Positions 8,315-16,734 of a stretch of 25,569 nt of DNA are shown one piece after another. Source of the DNA: a virus (taxonomy: Duplodnaviria > Caudoviricetes); the IMG/VR virus record IMGVR_UViG_3300009095_000756, positions 1-25,569 of that record. One strand, written 5' to 3'. Below the pieces are notes generated by a model, which saw only the letters and a list, made by a program, of their open reading frames with translations, ran no database searches and was not told the DNA's origin. The position numbers and the translations under genes were made by a program. Position 1 is the first letter of the stretch. Each line of letters begins with the position of its first letter.

Positions 8315-8563
8315 TCAGACGTTCTCGCACCCGTCTTCGTCGATCGGGTCGCCATCCGGGCCCATGGTCTCCAGACTCTGCACCTCGGTTCCGACGCCGT
8401 ACTTCACATCGCCGTCGAAGAACCCCATCACGTGCGCGAGGAAGTTCGCGGGGGTCAGCGGGCGCTCCGGCCCGTAGATGCTCTCCCAGCCCTCCCGGGT
8501 GACCTTCAGCATCAGATCTACGCCGATCTGGATCTCGTCCGGCTGCTCGGCCTTCGCGTTCAC
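8315..8563 (-). CDS. Hypothetical acidic protein (82 aa)
   Basis: SD GGAGGAG before GTG; own promoter and terminator. Confidence 0.7.
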   Translation of the reverse strand: MNAKAEQPDEIQIGVDLMLKVTREGWESIYGPERPLTPANFLAHVMGFFDGDVKYGVGTEVQSLETMGPDGDPIDEDGCENV

Positions 8564-8608
8564 GGCTTGGCTCCTCCCCGAGGAGGTCCGTCCTCCTCGT
8601 GTGATCCC

Positions 8609-8639
8609 ATTACATCACACGACTTGCTGACCACGCAAG
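8609..8639 (-). promoter_or_regulatory. Cassette promoter/operator copy
   Basis: cTTGCGT-ggtca-GCAAG-tcgtg-TGA-TGTAAT. Confidence 0.75.
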
Positions 8640-8731
8640 TGAGTTGCCGGGACGGGCTGGCACTCCGCCACCGCCCCCACGTGGGGTGCTCACAGCAACC
8701 AGGTTGCGAGGTGACACCCGGAGGGCTGCCG

Positions 8732-8761
8732 GAGGGCTTCTGTGGGGTCTCTCGCGGCCTC
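8732..8761. repeat. Intergenic repeat B (related copies 5229-5247, 9153-9176, inverted 25169-25180)
   Basis: TTCyGTGGGGTCTCTCGCGGCCTC 23/24 identical at 8738 and 9153. Confidence 0.7.
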
Positions 8762-8800
8762 TCGTGAGCTGGCCGGTCCTCTGGGCCCCCGGGGCAGCGA

Positions 8801-8830
8801 ACGGCCCCCGGAGACGTCTCCGGGGGCCGT
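8801..8830 (-). terminator. Terminator-like perfect palindrome
   Basis: ACGGCCCCCGGAGACGTCTCCGGGGGCCGT. Confidence 0.65.
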
Positions 8831-8841
8831 CGCGAGGGTGA

Positions 8842-9060
8842 CTAGCGCAGGACCAGGACCGGGGTGCTTGCGGTCGCCCTGGGGTAGTGCACGCGGTCGC
8901 CCACGACGACCTGGGTGCGCTTGCCCCGCACGGGGACGAGAGCGGTTACCGGGCGGGTGATGACCCGCAGGTCCTGCGTGCGAGAGACGACCAGATCGCC
9001 CGGGACGAGGTCCGCAACCGTGAGCCAGGTCGCCGGGTGCTGGGCGGTGGGAACGCGCAT
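8842..9060 (-). CDS. Hypothetical protein (72 aa, beta-rich)
   Basis: SD GAGGAG; VADLVPGDLV motif; own promoter and terminator. Confidence 0.7.
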   Translation of the reverse strand: MRVPTAQHPATWLTVADLVPGDLVVSRTQDLRVITRPVTALVPVRGKRTQVVVGDRVHYPRATASTPVLVLR

Positions 9061-9104
9061 CGTAATCTCCTCACGTTGCCGGGCAGGTCCCGGCGTCTGT
9101 CACC

Positions 9105-9135
9105 AGCAAATCACACCAATTGCGGGTTGCGCAAG
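9105..9135 (-). promoter_or_regulatory. Cassette promoter/operator copy
   Basis: cTTGCGC-aaccc-GCAAT-tggtg-TGA-TTTGCT. Confidence 0.75.
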
Positions 9136-9215
9136 TCCCGTTGCTTGCGGCCTTCCGTGGGGTCTCTCGCGGCCTCGTGGCTGGCCGGACGGCCCAGAGC
9201 ACCCCAGACACACGA

Positions 9216-9257
9216 GAGGGCCCCGGGACCCCCCTTTCGGGTTGTCCCGGGGCCCTC
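9216..9257 (-). terminator. Terminator-like hairpin
   Basis: 14-bp IR GAGGGCCCCGGGAC/GTCCCGGGGCCCTC. Confidence 0.65.
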
Positions 9258-9267
9258 CGGCTCCGGA

Positions 9268-9972
9268 TCAGACCTCCCGGACGACCGTGAACTTGTCGGC
9301 GGTCTTGCGGGTGTGCCCGTCCTTGGCGAGGTAGTACAGGACCCCGTCCTTCACGATTCCCTTGTACTCCCACCGACCGACCTTGGCGATGACCTCGGGC
9401 TCGTCGGTGAGGTCCACGCCCTGGGAGGGAGCCTCGTCCCAGTCAGCGGACGCTTCGCGCTCCGCGACCTTCTTGGCCTCGGCCTCGGCGTATGCGGCCT
9501 CCTCAGCGGCGACGACGTCGGCCACCTTGGCGGGGGCGACGACCCCGGCGGACTCGGCCAGCTTGCGCTCGGCGGGCTTGCCCTTCGCGGCCTTCTTGGC
9601 AGCACGAGCGGCCTCGCGCTCCGCCTTGGCCTTGGCCTTCTCGGCCGCCTTGGCGATGCCAGCCGCGACCATGTAGCCGAACTCGTACCGGTCGGCGTGA
9701 CCCTGGGCGCTGGCGCTGACGGAGACCCCGCCGTCGTTCCGGCGGACGTCGTACTCGGGGCCGGAGTAGCGGATCAGGAAGGACTTCAGCTTGGCGTCGT
9801 GACCCGGGGCGAACTCGCGCTTGGTGGTCGCGTTGCAGCCGGTGGTGAAGACCTCGTAGTCACCGTTGGCCAGGTTCTCCTCGGTGAGCTGCGCGTTCAC
9901 GAGGGCGTCGTACTTGCTGCACTCGCAGGGGGTGGCGCCGTTGGCCTCGGTCTTCTCGGTGTTCTTCGTCAT
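9268..9972 (-). CDS. PGHDA-family protein, copy B (Ala/Lys-rich linker)
   Basis: CEC..TTGCNATTKREFAPGHDAKLKSFLI..FGYMVAAGI..AKVGRWEYKG. Confidence 0.85.
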   Translation of the reverse strand: MTKNTEKTEANGATPCECSKYDALVNAQLTEENLANGDYEVFTTGCNATTKREFAPGHDAKLKSFLIRYSGPEYDVRRNDGGVSVSASAQGHADRYEFGYMVAAGIAKAAEKAKAKAEREAARAAKKAAKGKPAERKLAESAGVVAPAKVADVVAAEEAAYAEAEAKKVAEREASADWDEAPSQGVDLTDEPEVIAKVGRWEYKGIVKDGVLYYLAKDGHTRKTADKFTVVREV

Positions 9973-10024
9973 TGCCCCGGTCCTCCCGGTCGTGGTGGGG
10001 GCCGTTCCCCCAACCTCTAAGAAA

Positions 10025-10055
10025 ATTAAATCACGTCGCTTGCGGGTTACGCAAG
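10025..10055 (-). promoter_or_regulatory. Cassette promoter/operator copy
   Basis: cTTGCGT-aaccc-GCAAG-cgacg-TGA-TTTAAT. Confidence 0.8.
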
Positions 10056-10086
10056 TTCTTTGGGTTCCTCGGCTGTGTGGTGCTCG

Positions 10087-10269
10087 TCACACCAGGGCCG
10101 CGCACCGGACGAGGTCCGGCCCGAGCGTCCTGATGGCGCCGTTGCTGTGGATGACCTCGTACGTCGGGACCCACGCCCCACCCTGCTTGCGCCTGCCGCA
10201 CTTGCGGACACGGGCGACCTCGCGGACGCCGACCTGCACGCGGTTCGTCGGACGGATGCTGCGCTTCAT
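10087..10269 (-). CDS. Small basic hypothetical protein (60 aa, MKRSIRPTNR..)
   Basis: SD GAAGGAG before ATG 10269; 3' part of ORF 10087..10620. Confidence 0.6.
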   Translation of the reverse strand: MKRSIRPTNRVQVGVREVARVRKCGRRKQGGAWVPTYEVIHSNGAIRTLGPDLVRCAALV

Positions 10270-10333
10270 TACGATCACTGCTCCTTCGCGGGGGTCGGGC
10301 GGGGGCCCGGGTGGGCCCCCGCCGGTCCGGGTG

Positions 10334-10813
10334 TCAGACCCGGGTGAATCGGGTGGTGGTGGTCTGCACGCCCTTGCGGGTCGTGTACGTGAACTGGGGG
10401 CCGTGCTCCGGGCTGTCGGTGATGACGCCCTCGTACACCCAGCGACCGACCTTTGCGGAGACCTTGCGGGGGGTCTCGTGGCTCTTCTTGGCCGACTTCG
10501 CCAGCTCGCGCAGCTCCCGGCGGAACTCGCGGTCCGCACCCTTCCGGATGCCCTCGGCGACCATGTAACCGAAACCGAACTGGTTGGCCACGGCCTGCGC
10601 GTCGCGGGGGGCGTCGTCACCGACGATGACGTCCTGACCGGCGATGCCCGCCCGGATCAGGAAGCCCTTCAGACGGGCGTCGTGACCCGGGGCGAACGTG
10701 CGCTTGGTCGTCGCGTTGCAGCCGGTGGTCACCAGCTCGCCGGTCTCGGTGCGGGTGGCGACCTTGCCGCAGGTGCAGGGCTTGGTGGCCTGGGCGGTGG
10801 CGGTGGCGTTCAT
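10334..10813 (-). CDS. PGHDA-family protein, copy C
   Basis: ATG 10813 after AAGGGA; CTC..TTGCNATTKRTFAPGHDARLKGFLI..FGFGYMV..AKVGRWVYEG. Confidence 0.85.
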   Translation of the reverse strand: MNATATAQATKPCTCGKVATRTETGELVTTGCNATTKRTFAPGHDARLKGFLIRAGIAGQDVIVGDDAPRDAQAVANQFGFGYMVAEGIRKGADREFRRELRELAKSAKKSHETPRKVSAKVGRWVYEGVITDSPEHGPQFTYTTRKGVQTTTTRFTRV

Positions 10814-10864
10814 TTCGTGTCCCTTCGTGGGGGCCGGGGGCGTTTCCCCCAACCTCGTAATACG

Positions 10865-10895
10865 ATTTTATCATGTGACTTGCGGTCTGCGCAAG
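10865..10895 (-). promoter_or_regulatory. Cassette promoter/operator copy
   Basis: cTTGCGC-agacc-GCAAG-tcaca-TGA-TAAAAT; CRP-like box at 10908-10923. Confidence 0.8.
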
Positions 10896-10928
10896 TACCC
10901 GATGCAATGTGACCTGCGCCACACCGAG

Positions 10929-10952
10929 GGGAGGGGGCCGGAGCCCCCTCCC
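10929..10952 (-). terminator. Terminator-like hairpin
   Basis: GGGAGGGGGC/GCCCCCTCCC. Confidence 0.55.
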
Positions 10953-10961
10953 GGGTCGGCG

Positions 10962-11387
10962 TCAGCCGACGATCGTGAACTTCTCCGCCATCAGCTGCCG
11001 ACCCTGGCGGTCGGTGTAGGTGAAGACCCCGCCGTTGGCGGTCACGGTGCCCTCGTACACCCACCGACCGACCTTACCGCGCACGGTGCGGGGGGCGACG
11101 ACCTTCGCGGCCTTCCGGGGCTTCGCGACCCGGGCGATGCCCTCGCGGACCATGTAGCCGAAACCGAACCGGTCGGCGACCTTCGCGGGGAACTCCTGGG
11201 TGCCCTCCGGGGTGGCGACCAGGTGACCGGCCTTGCCCGCCCGGATCAGGAACCCCTTCAGCCGCGCGTCGTGACCCGGGGCGAAGGTCCGGCGGGTGGT
11301 CGCCGTGCAGCCGGTCCGGGTGGTGGTACCGTCGGCAGCAACAGCGGCGAAGAGGGAGCAGGAGCAGGGGGCGAGGGTGGCGGCCAT
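10962..11387 (-). CDS. PGHDA-family protein, copy D (shortest)
   Basis: CSC..TGCTATTRRTFAPGHDARLKGFLI..FGFGYMV..GKVGRWVYEG. Confidence 0.85.
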   Translation of the reverse strand: MAATLAPCSCSLFAAVAADGTTTRTGCTATTRRTFAPGHDARLKGFLIRAGKAGHLVATPEGTQEFPAKVADRFGFGYMVREGIARVAKPRKAAKVVAPRTVRGKVGRWVYEGTVTANGGVFTYTDRQGRQLMAEKFTIVG

Positions 11388-11438
11388 GATCGGGTCCTTT
11401 CGGCAGGGCCGGGGGCGTTTCCCCCAACCTCTGAGAAA

Positions 11439-11468
11439 ATCATATCATGACGTTGCCTAATGCGCAAG
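11439..11468 (-). promoter_or_regulatory. Cassette promoter/operator copy
   Basis: cTTGCGC-attag-GCAAC-gtca-TGA-TATGAT; CRP-like box at 11481-11496. Confidence 0.8.
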
Positions 11469-11604
11469 TGGGTTGGGCAACGTGATCTGTGTCACACGCT
11501 ACTGACCTGCTCCGGCAAAAAGGAACGCGCGCCCGCAAAAACCACACCGACCCCACCACGGGCAACTCCTCTGACATGTGGCGCAAGTCACACGGACTAG
11601 GTAA

Positions 11605-11634
11605 CTTGCTCTTTGGGCAAGGATGTGATTTAAT
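11605..11634 (+). promoter_or_regulatory. Cassette promoter/operator copy (plus strand)
   Basis: cTTGCTC-tttgg-GCAAG-gatg-TGA-TTTAAT; CRP-like box at 11577-11592. Confidence 0.75.
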
Positions 11635-11702
11635 TGTATTAGCAGGGCGGGGGCAGGCAACACGGCCTCACCCCCGTTGAAAACTCAAGAGGGAGCCCCA
11701 AA

Positions 11703-12002
11703 ATGGAGCGAGTCACTTTCGTCCTGGGCAACATCGACAGCCGTCTCGCGGTCGTCGAGATCGTGGGGGCCCGGTTCCCGGTCCTCCCGCAGCGTCCGAC
11801 CAACCTGGTTCGGCTGTTCGCCAAGGAGCCGGTCGGGGACAAGGTCCTCGGGACCGGTCAGCGCGAGATCGACGGCGAGATCAAGAACATCGCCTGGTGG
11901 GCCGACGCCGAAGAGGTCGCCCGGATCGACACCGAGTGGCGCGAGGCGATCGAGCGCAACACAATCTCGGCCGAACTGGTCGCGGCGATGCTGATGGACT
12001 GA
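11703..12002 (+). CDS. Hypothetical protein (99 aa)
   Basis: SD GAGGGAG, plus-strand promoter, terminator follows. Confidence 0.75.
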   Translation: MERVTFVLGNIDSRLAVVEIVGARFPVLPQRPTNLVRLFAKEPVGDKVLGTGQREIDGEIKNIAWWADAEEVARIDTEWREAIERNTISAELVAAMLMD

Positions 12003-12007
12003 ACACA

Positions 12008-12048
12008 GACGAGGCCCCCGCCGGGCGGAATCCGGCGGGGGCCTCGTC
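12008..12048. terminator. Bidirectional terminator-like hairpin
   Basis: 17-bp IR between convergent genes. Confidence 0.75.
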
Positions 12049-12058
12049 GTGTGCGGGG

Positions 12059-12544
12059 TCAGAACGCGGTCATGGTCAGGGCTCCGACGAACAGCCACGC
12101 GTGGTGCCACGACTGGTCGAGGGCGTACTTGCCTGTACCGATGTGCGGACGTCGCTCGCCCTCCTTGTCAGTGAGGTCGGTCCCTTGGTTGTAGAACTCG
12201 CCCTTGCCACAGAACCGGGCGAGTTCCTCCAGAGTCCAACGTCGGTCGGCCCAGTAGTGCGACACGGCGTCCACCGTGAAGCCCAGCGCCACCGCCCACC
12301 AAGTCGGTTTCACGTGAAACACGACGAACACGGCCCCCACGAACACGGCCTTAGTGGCTGTGAGCGTCAGGACATGGCGCAGGCACGCGAGCTGTCCGCG
12401 ACGTACCGCGCGCTTGTCGATCGGACCCGGGGCCATTGGGTTGCCCAACGCCTTCTCAACAGCTTGACACGAGGTCTGCACCCAGTGATCGCCGAACGAG
12501 TGGGCAGCAAACAGGGCGGCAAAAACTGCCGCGAAAGTCTCCAT
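12059..12544 (-). CDS. DUF3307-like membrane protein
   Basis: AHSFGDHWVQT, ACLRHV, SHYWADRR, DQSWH motifs with hydrophobic segments; coupled to traB (TGATG). Confidence 0.75.
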   Translation of the reverse strand: METFAAVFAALFAAHSFGDHWVQTSCQAVEKALGNPMAPGPIDKRAVRRGQLACLRHVLTLTATKAVFVGAVFVVFHVKPTWWAVALGFTVDAVSHYWADRRWTLEELARFCGKGEFYNQGTDLTDKEGERRPHIGTGKYALDQSWHHAWLFVGALTMTAF

Positions 12545-14640
12545 CAGTCCTCTTCCTTGGCCGCGTACCTACCGTGGCCGATCTTCTCGATGCGGTCGTC
12601 TTTCTTGATCCACCGGAACACGGTCTCGCGAACCGGGGCAGCCTCGCCGTACTGACGCTGCAACGCCTTTACGATCTCAGCCACAGTGACCCCGTCCGGG
12701 CCCATCGCCTTGATCATGCCAAACACGACGTCGCGCAGATCTTCCGTTTCCTCCTCCGGGGCGTTGTCCGAAGGGGGCGTAACGCCACCCCCTGCCGTGG
12801 TCTCTCCCTCGGGCGGAGGGTTGTTGAACGAGTACTCCTGGAGGTCCTCCAGACCGCCGGAACGCACGAGGTCATGGAACGCGTCCAACTCGTCCCCCGA
12901 CGGGCCACCAGCGTCTTCGATGGCCTTGCGAAGGTTCGTCTTGGCCTGCTCGGGGTCGATGCCAGCCGACCATCCCTCGTCGCTGTCTTCGTCCTTCTCC
13001 ATGACCAATGTGGTCTGAACTTTGGGGGCCGGAACGGTCTTGTTGAAGATGAACTCAGCCCGCTCCCACCTGGTCTCGTAAACCTCACCCATGGCCCGAA
13101 GACTGACCTCGTCGAAAGCGTCGTTCTCGCGATACTGAACGGTGTTCTCGACGAACCACTTGATGTGAGAGGGCTTGACCCTCCAGCCACGGAAGATGGA
13201 CGCGGGCTTGCCCTCGTCCATCGACAGTGCGCCGAACCCCTGCTCGGGCATGTCCGCCGGGGTGACGCCGGAACGCCAGCCGAGCAGGTACGACATTTCC
13301 TGCTCGTCGCTCATCCGCATCCCGATACGCACGGTCGACTGACTCTTGATGATCGTGTCGCCCGTTGTGTCGGCTGTGCCCCGAAGGAAGCAGTTAAGCT
13401 GGTTAACGCCGGACGCGCCAGCGATCCGAAGAACCTCCTTCATCGGCTCCGACGCGCGCTGGTGCTTTACGTTCGCGTAAACCTCCGCGCCCTCGTCGGT
13501 GATGATGAGGATGCCCGGGATCTCGTCGGTGAGCGGAAGCAGATCGGTGTCAGCCTCGGCCATGAGGTCCTGATACTCGGTCTTCCTGGCCTTGGCCACG
13601 CGAACGGCTGCACTGGCCATTCGAGCGGCCTCGTCGACGTCTGCGGCCACCCAGTCAATCGGGGGTCGTCCGGGTCGCCCGAGAGCGTCCCACGCCCTCA
13701 GCCACTGAAGGGCTACGCCACCCCCGTTGAAGTCGATCACCCACACGCGCAGGTTGGGCATGCGGAGCAGCCGCGTGATGATCGCGAGGAGCTGGTTCGT
13801 TTTACCGGTTCGCTTCGCGCCGACCAGCATCGCGGAGAACTGCCGGATGCAGATCTTGGCGACACCGCCGTCACGCAGCTTGCCGATATCGAACCACCCG
13901 TTGAAGTCCAGGGGAGACGCGTCCAGCGGCACCTCCTGGTCCTCACTGAGCATGTCGTTACGGAGCTGCACCTTGATAACGGCGCGACGACGAGAAGAGC
14001 CGCTGTACACCTCGACGCCACACCCCTCGGGCAGATCGGCGTCAGCCGCCAGCGCTTCGGTGTGACTGGCCAGGCTCTTCCAGTTGGCTCCGCCCTGGGG
14101 CAACAGGATGTCGAGGTCGTACCCCGCTCCGGTCTCGTTGCCCTCGTCGTCTTTCCACTGCTCGACGCCCTCGACCACTGCGCCGGAAACCCGGCACACC
14201 CGCTCGATGCGCTCGACCCATTCCAGGCCGATACGGGTTCGGGTGAGGGCTGCGAACGCCCTGGCCTCACGTTCGGCCGCACGCCGACGCTTACGGCTGA
14301 TGGCTCCGGCCACGCTGGCAAACCCGCAGGTGCAGGCGAACAGCGGACCGGTCACGTCCCACGACCAGATGGAGTTCTGCGCGAGGGCGTACGTGACCCA
14401 TCCTCCGCCAGCGAGCCAGCCGCCAACTCGCGTCCAGATGGCTCCCGTGCTGAGTGGCTCTTCGCGGCCTGCCCCCGAGATGCCGGACCCGAGGGCGCCC
14501 ACAACGGACGCCCCCAGAGCCCAGACGGGAGGCAACCCGGCCTCGTGGCCGACCGCAGCAACGCCCAGCGCTGAATACGCCGCGTTGAGCGTGCCCGTGA
14601 CGGGACCGTGCCCAGCGTCCCAGTCGATTACCTTTCCCAT
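12544..14640 (-). CDS. traB: TraB-like FtsK/SpoIIIE-family conjugative DNA translocase
   Basis: N-terminal TM segments, Walker A GAKRTGKT, VWVIDFNGG, Walker B ILIITDE, IKSQSTVRIGM, C-terminal wHTH (VTVAEIVKAL..RETVFRWI); SD AGGAGG favours ATG 14640. Confidence 0.8.
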   Translation of the reverse strand: MGKVIDWDAGHGPVTGTLNAAYSALGVAAVGHEAGLPPVWALGASVVGALGSGISGAGREEPLSTGAIWTRVGGWLAGGGWVTYALAQNSIWSWDVTGPLFACTCGFASVAGAISRKRRRAAEREARAFAALTRTRIGLEWVERIERVCRVSGAVVEGVEQWKDDEGNETGAGYDLDILLPQGGANWKSLASHTEALAADADLPEGCGVEVYSGSSRRRAVIKVQLRNDMLSEDQEVPLDASPLDFNGWFDIGKLRDGGVAKICIRQFSAMLVGAKRTGKTNQLLAIITRLLRMPNLRVWVIDFNGGGVALQWLRAWDALGRPGRPPIDWVAADVDEAARMASAAVRVAKARKTEYQDLMAEADTDLLPLTDEIPGILIITDEGAEVYANVKHQRASEPMKEVLRIAGASGVNQLNCFLRGTADTTGDTIIKSQSTVRIGMRMSDEQEMSYLLGWRSGVTPADMPEQGFGALSMDEGKPASIFRGWRVKPSHIKWFVENTVQYRENDAFDEVSLRAMGEVYETRWERAEFIFNKTVPAPKVQTTLVMEKDEDSDEGWSAGIDPEQAKTNLRKAIEDAGGPSGDELDAFHDLVRSGGLEDLQEYSFNNPPPEGETTAGGGVTPPSDNAPEEETEDLRDVVFGMIKAMGPDGVTVAEIVKALQRQYGEAAPVRETVFRWIKKDDRIEKIGHGRYAAKEED

Positions 14641-14653
14641 GTTGAACAGCCTC

Positions 14654-16300
14654 CTATCGACCGACGTAGTCCCGATTTTGGGCAATGTCCCAGAGTTCCT
14701 CGCCCTGGCGGGGGTTGCGGATGCGGTTGATGTCCACGTTGTGCAGGTTCTCGAACGCGGGCTTCAGGTCCTCTGCCGACTGCGCGGTCTGGATCAGTTC
14801 GGCGTGCAGCGACTTGAGCTTGTCGACGATCGCGGGGTGCATCGGGGTCTCGCCGTCCTGCACCTGCGAGGTCATACCCCGGAGGGCGTTCGCGAGGTTG
14901 CGGATGATCTCGGGGAACGACGCCATGTCGTTGCCGATCTGCATCATGCCCTCGGGGTTGTACATCATGCTCGCGCCGACCATCTCGCGCGACGCCTCGA
15001 TGATTCGTGCCTGTGCCATGCTTACACCTCCAGTGAGTCGAGCCGGTCCGCCTCCTGCGGTCGGCCCTGCGCCACCCGCCGCGTGAGCGGGTCGCTTAAC
15101 GGTTGCCGCCGGAATTGTCGACGCGGGGGCGGTGGCGGCTGCTGCCTTCGCGTGTTTGCCGTTCTTGGGTCCCCACTTCGCACGAAGTCGGCCCCAGGTT
15201 CCTGCTACGGCCTGCCAGACTCCCCGCCACCCCCTGCGCCGAATCGCAGCGTTTGCGCCTGCGAGTACGGCACCGACGGCCGGACCGAGAATGCCCCAAC
15301 CTCGCTTGAGGGCCCCGATGGTCCAACGACGGGTTGCGCGTGCGGGTCGAGACGTCCAGGCCCGGACCGCGCCCCGACCGACCCGGCGTGCTCCTCGACC
15401 CACGGCCCGACCTGCCTGGCCGATCCGGCGTGCGCCGTTGATCGTGGTCCGGATCGGGGCTCGTCGGGTCCCGTCCCCACGGTTGATCAGACCGCCACGC
15501 TTGGACCTGGGTCCGGTCCCGGGTCGAGGTCCAAGCACCGACCTGGCTCGGGAGGTCCGACCCGGCTGGCTGAACAGCAGCGGGGTCCGGGTCCGGCCAG
15601 ATCCGTGCCCACTCGATCCGGACTTCTGGCGGTTGAGCCGCCTGGACCTGGGGGAGGTCCCCCCCGATCCGGTCTGGCCCGATCCCGACCTGTTGCGCTT
15701 GGACCCGGACCCGAGACCCAGACCAGATCCGGCCCGGTGCCGACCGGACCCGGACCGCGTGGGGGTCGATCCGGACCCGGTCCGGGAGGTATTGACAGAC
15801 CCCGAACTGGTCGGCCTGGTGCGGGCCGACCCCGAGTTGGTCCGCCCTCCAGAGCCGGACCCCCCTCGCGTGGAAGATCCGCCCGAAGGCGTCCAGCGAC
15901 CAGACCGGAGAGACGTCGGCGAAGTGGCCATTCCGTTACGTCGAGCCGTCTCACGAGCCAGTCGCTGACGTCGGTTACGCTTCACCTTACGGCGCTGGTT
16001 CAAGCCCAGGGCTGCGGCTCCAGCGACCAAGCCGCCAGCCACCGCGATACCAGCAACCGGGCCAGCAGCCGAAGCAGCCGCGCCCCCGGCAACCGCTACG
16101 GTGTTCACCGCAGCCAGGGCCGTAGGTGCAGCCGGAAGGCCCTTCGTCCCGGCCTTCCGTGGGCTACGGGAGCCACTGGGGGCGGTGGCGGGGGTCTCAG
16201 GCCCGGCCACGGCCTCCGAGGGCCCCGGAGATACCTTCTCGGGGCTCGGGGTCGTTGATGTATCGACCTTGGCGGGTGCGGTCGTGTTGGCATCTGACAT
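14654..16300 (-). CDS. TraA-like transfer-associated protein (TM segment, long Gly/Ser/Arg linker, helical C-terminal domain)
   Basis: SD GGAGGTG before ATG 16300; position directly upstream of traB; C-terminus ..FENLHNVDINRIRNPRQGEELWD. Confidence 0.65.
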   Translation of the reverse strand: MSDANTTAPAKVDTSTTPSPEKVSPGPSEAVAGPETPATAPSGSRSPRKAGTKGLPAAPTALAAVNTVAVAGGAAASAAGPVAGIAVAGGLVAGAAALGLNQRRKVKRNRRQRLARETARRNGMATSPTSLRSGRWTPSGGSSTRGGSGSGGRTNSGSARTRPTSSGSVNTSRTGSGSTPTRSGSGRHRAGSGLGLGSGSKRNRSGSGQTGSGGTSPRSRRLNRQKSGSSGHGSGRTRTPLLFSQPGRTSRARSVLGPRPGTGPRSKRGGLINRGDGTRRAPIRTTINGARRIGQAGRAVGRGARRVGRGAVRAWTSRPARATRRWTIGALKRGWGILGPAVGAVLAGANAAIRRRGWRGVWQAVAGTWGRLRAKWGPKNGKHAKAAAATAPASTIPAATVKRPAHAAGGAGPTAGGGPARLTGGVSMAQARIIEASREMVGASMMYNPEGMMQIGNDMASFPEIIRNLANALRGMTSQVQDGETPMHPAIVDKLKSLHAELIQTAQSAEDLKPAFENLHNVDINRIRNPRQGEELWDIAQNRDYVGR

Positions 16301-16315
16301 TTCGTTGTCACCTCC

Positions 16316-16358
16316 CGTGACATTCGATTGTGACTGTGACCGTGACTGTGACTGTGAT
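16316..16358. repeat. Tandem YGTGAC hexamers upstream of the TraA-like gene
   Basis: TGTGAC TGTGAC CGTGAC TGTGAC TGTGAT at 16329-16358 plus CGTGAC at 16316. Confidence 0.75.
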
Positions 16359-16440
16359 CTGGGGCTCCGACACCCCCTCCCACCGGCCAAGCTTCCCGAC
16401 AGGAGGGGGTGTCACGGCTGTGATTGTGGCGCTGCCACAA

Positions 16441-16734
16441 TCACTCGACGTTGCCGACGACCAGGTGCGAGGGGAACACGCTGAATCCGGTCATCAGAGC
16501 GTCCCGAGGAACGCCCCCTTCGGTCGACTTGCAGGCGGAAGCCACTTTGGCTATTACGTCGAGGGTGCTTTCACCGGGCTTGATGATCAGGTCGCCCGAC
16601 TTCGTCCACTTGCTCGACACCGGGTGGTACCGAGGGTCGGCGTCCGACTCCTGGCGGGTGGGCTCGGCAACCCACTCAATCTTTTCGAACACCGCCAGGA
16701 ACGCGTATCCGCCTGCTTCGCCGTAGGTGATCAT
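16441..16734 (-). CDS. Hypothetical protein (97 aa)
   Basis: SD GAGGT and ATGA overlap with the upstream stop. Confidence 0.6.
   Translation of the reverse strand: MITYGEAGGYAFLAVFEKIEWVAEPTRQESDADPRYHPVSSKWTKSGDLIIKPGESTLDVIAKVASACKSTEGGVPRDALMTGFSVFPSHLVVGNVE

Noticed and set aside
6584-11450. Long plus-strand ORFs (513, 377, 348, 250 aa)
   Set aside because: Shadows running across minus-strand cassettes whose promoters and SDs fix the orientation
15500-15900. GACCCGGA-like repeats resembling the pSVH1 TraB recognition sequence
   Set aside because: Only two exact copies seen (near 15702 and 15747); explained by Gly-Ser codon repeats (GGGTCC) in the TraA-like gene
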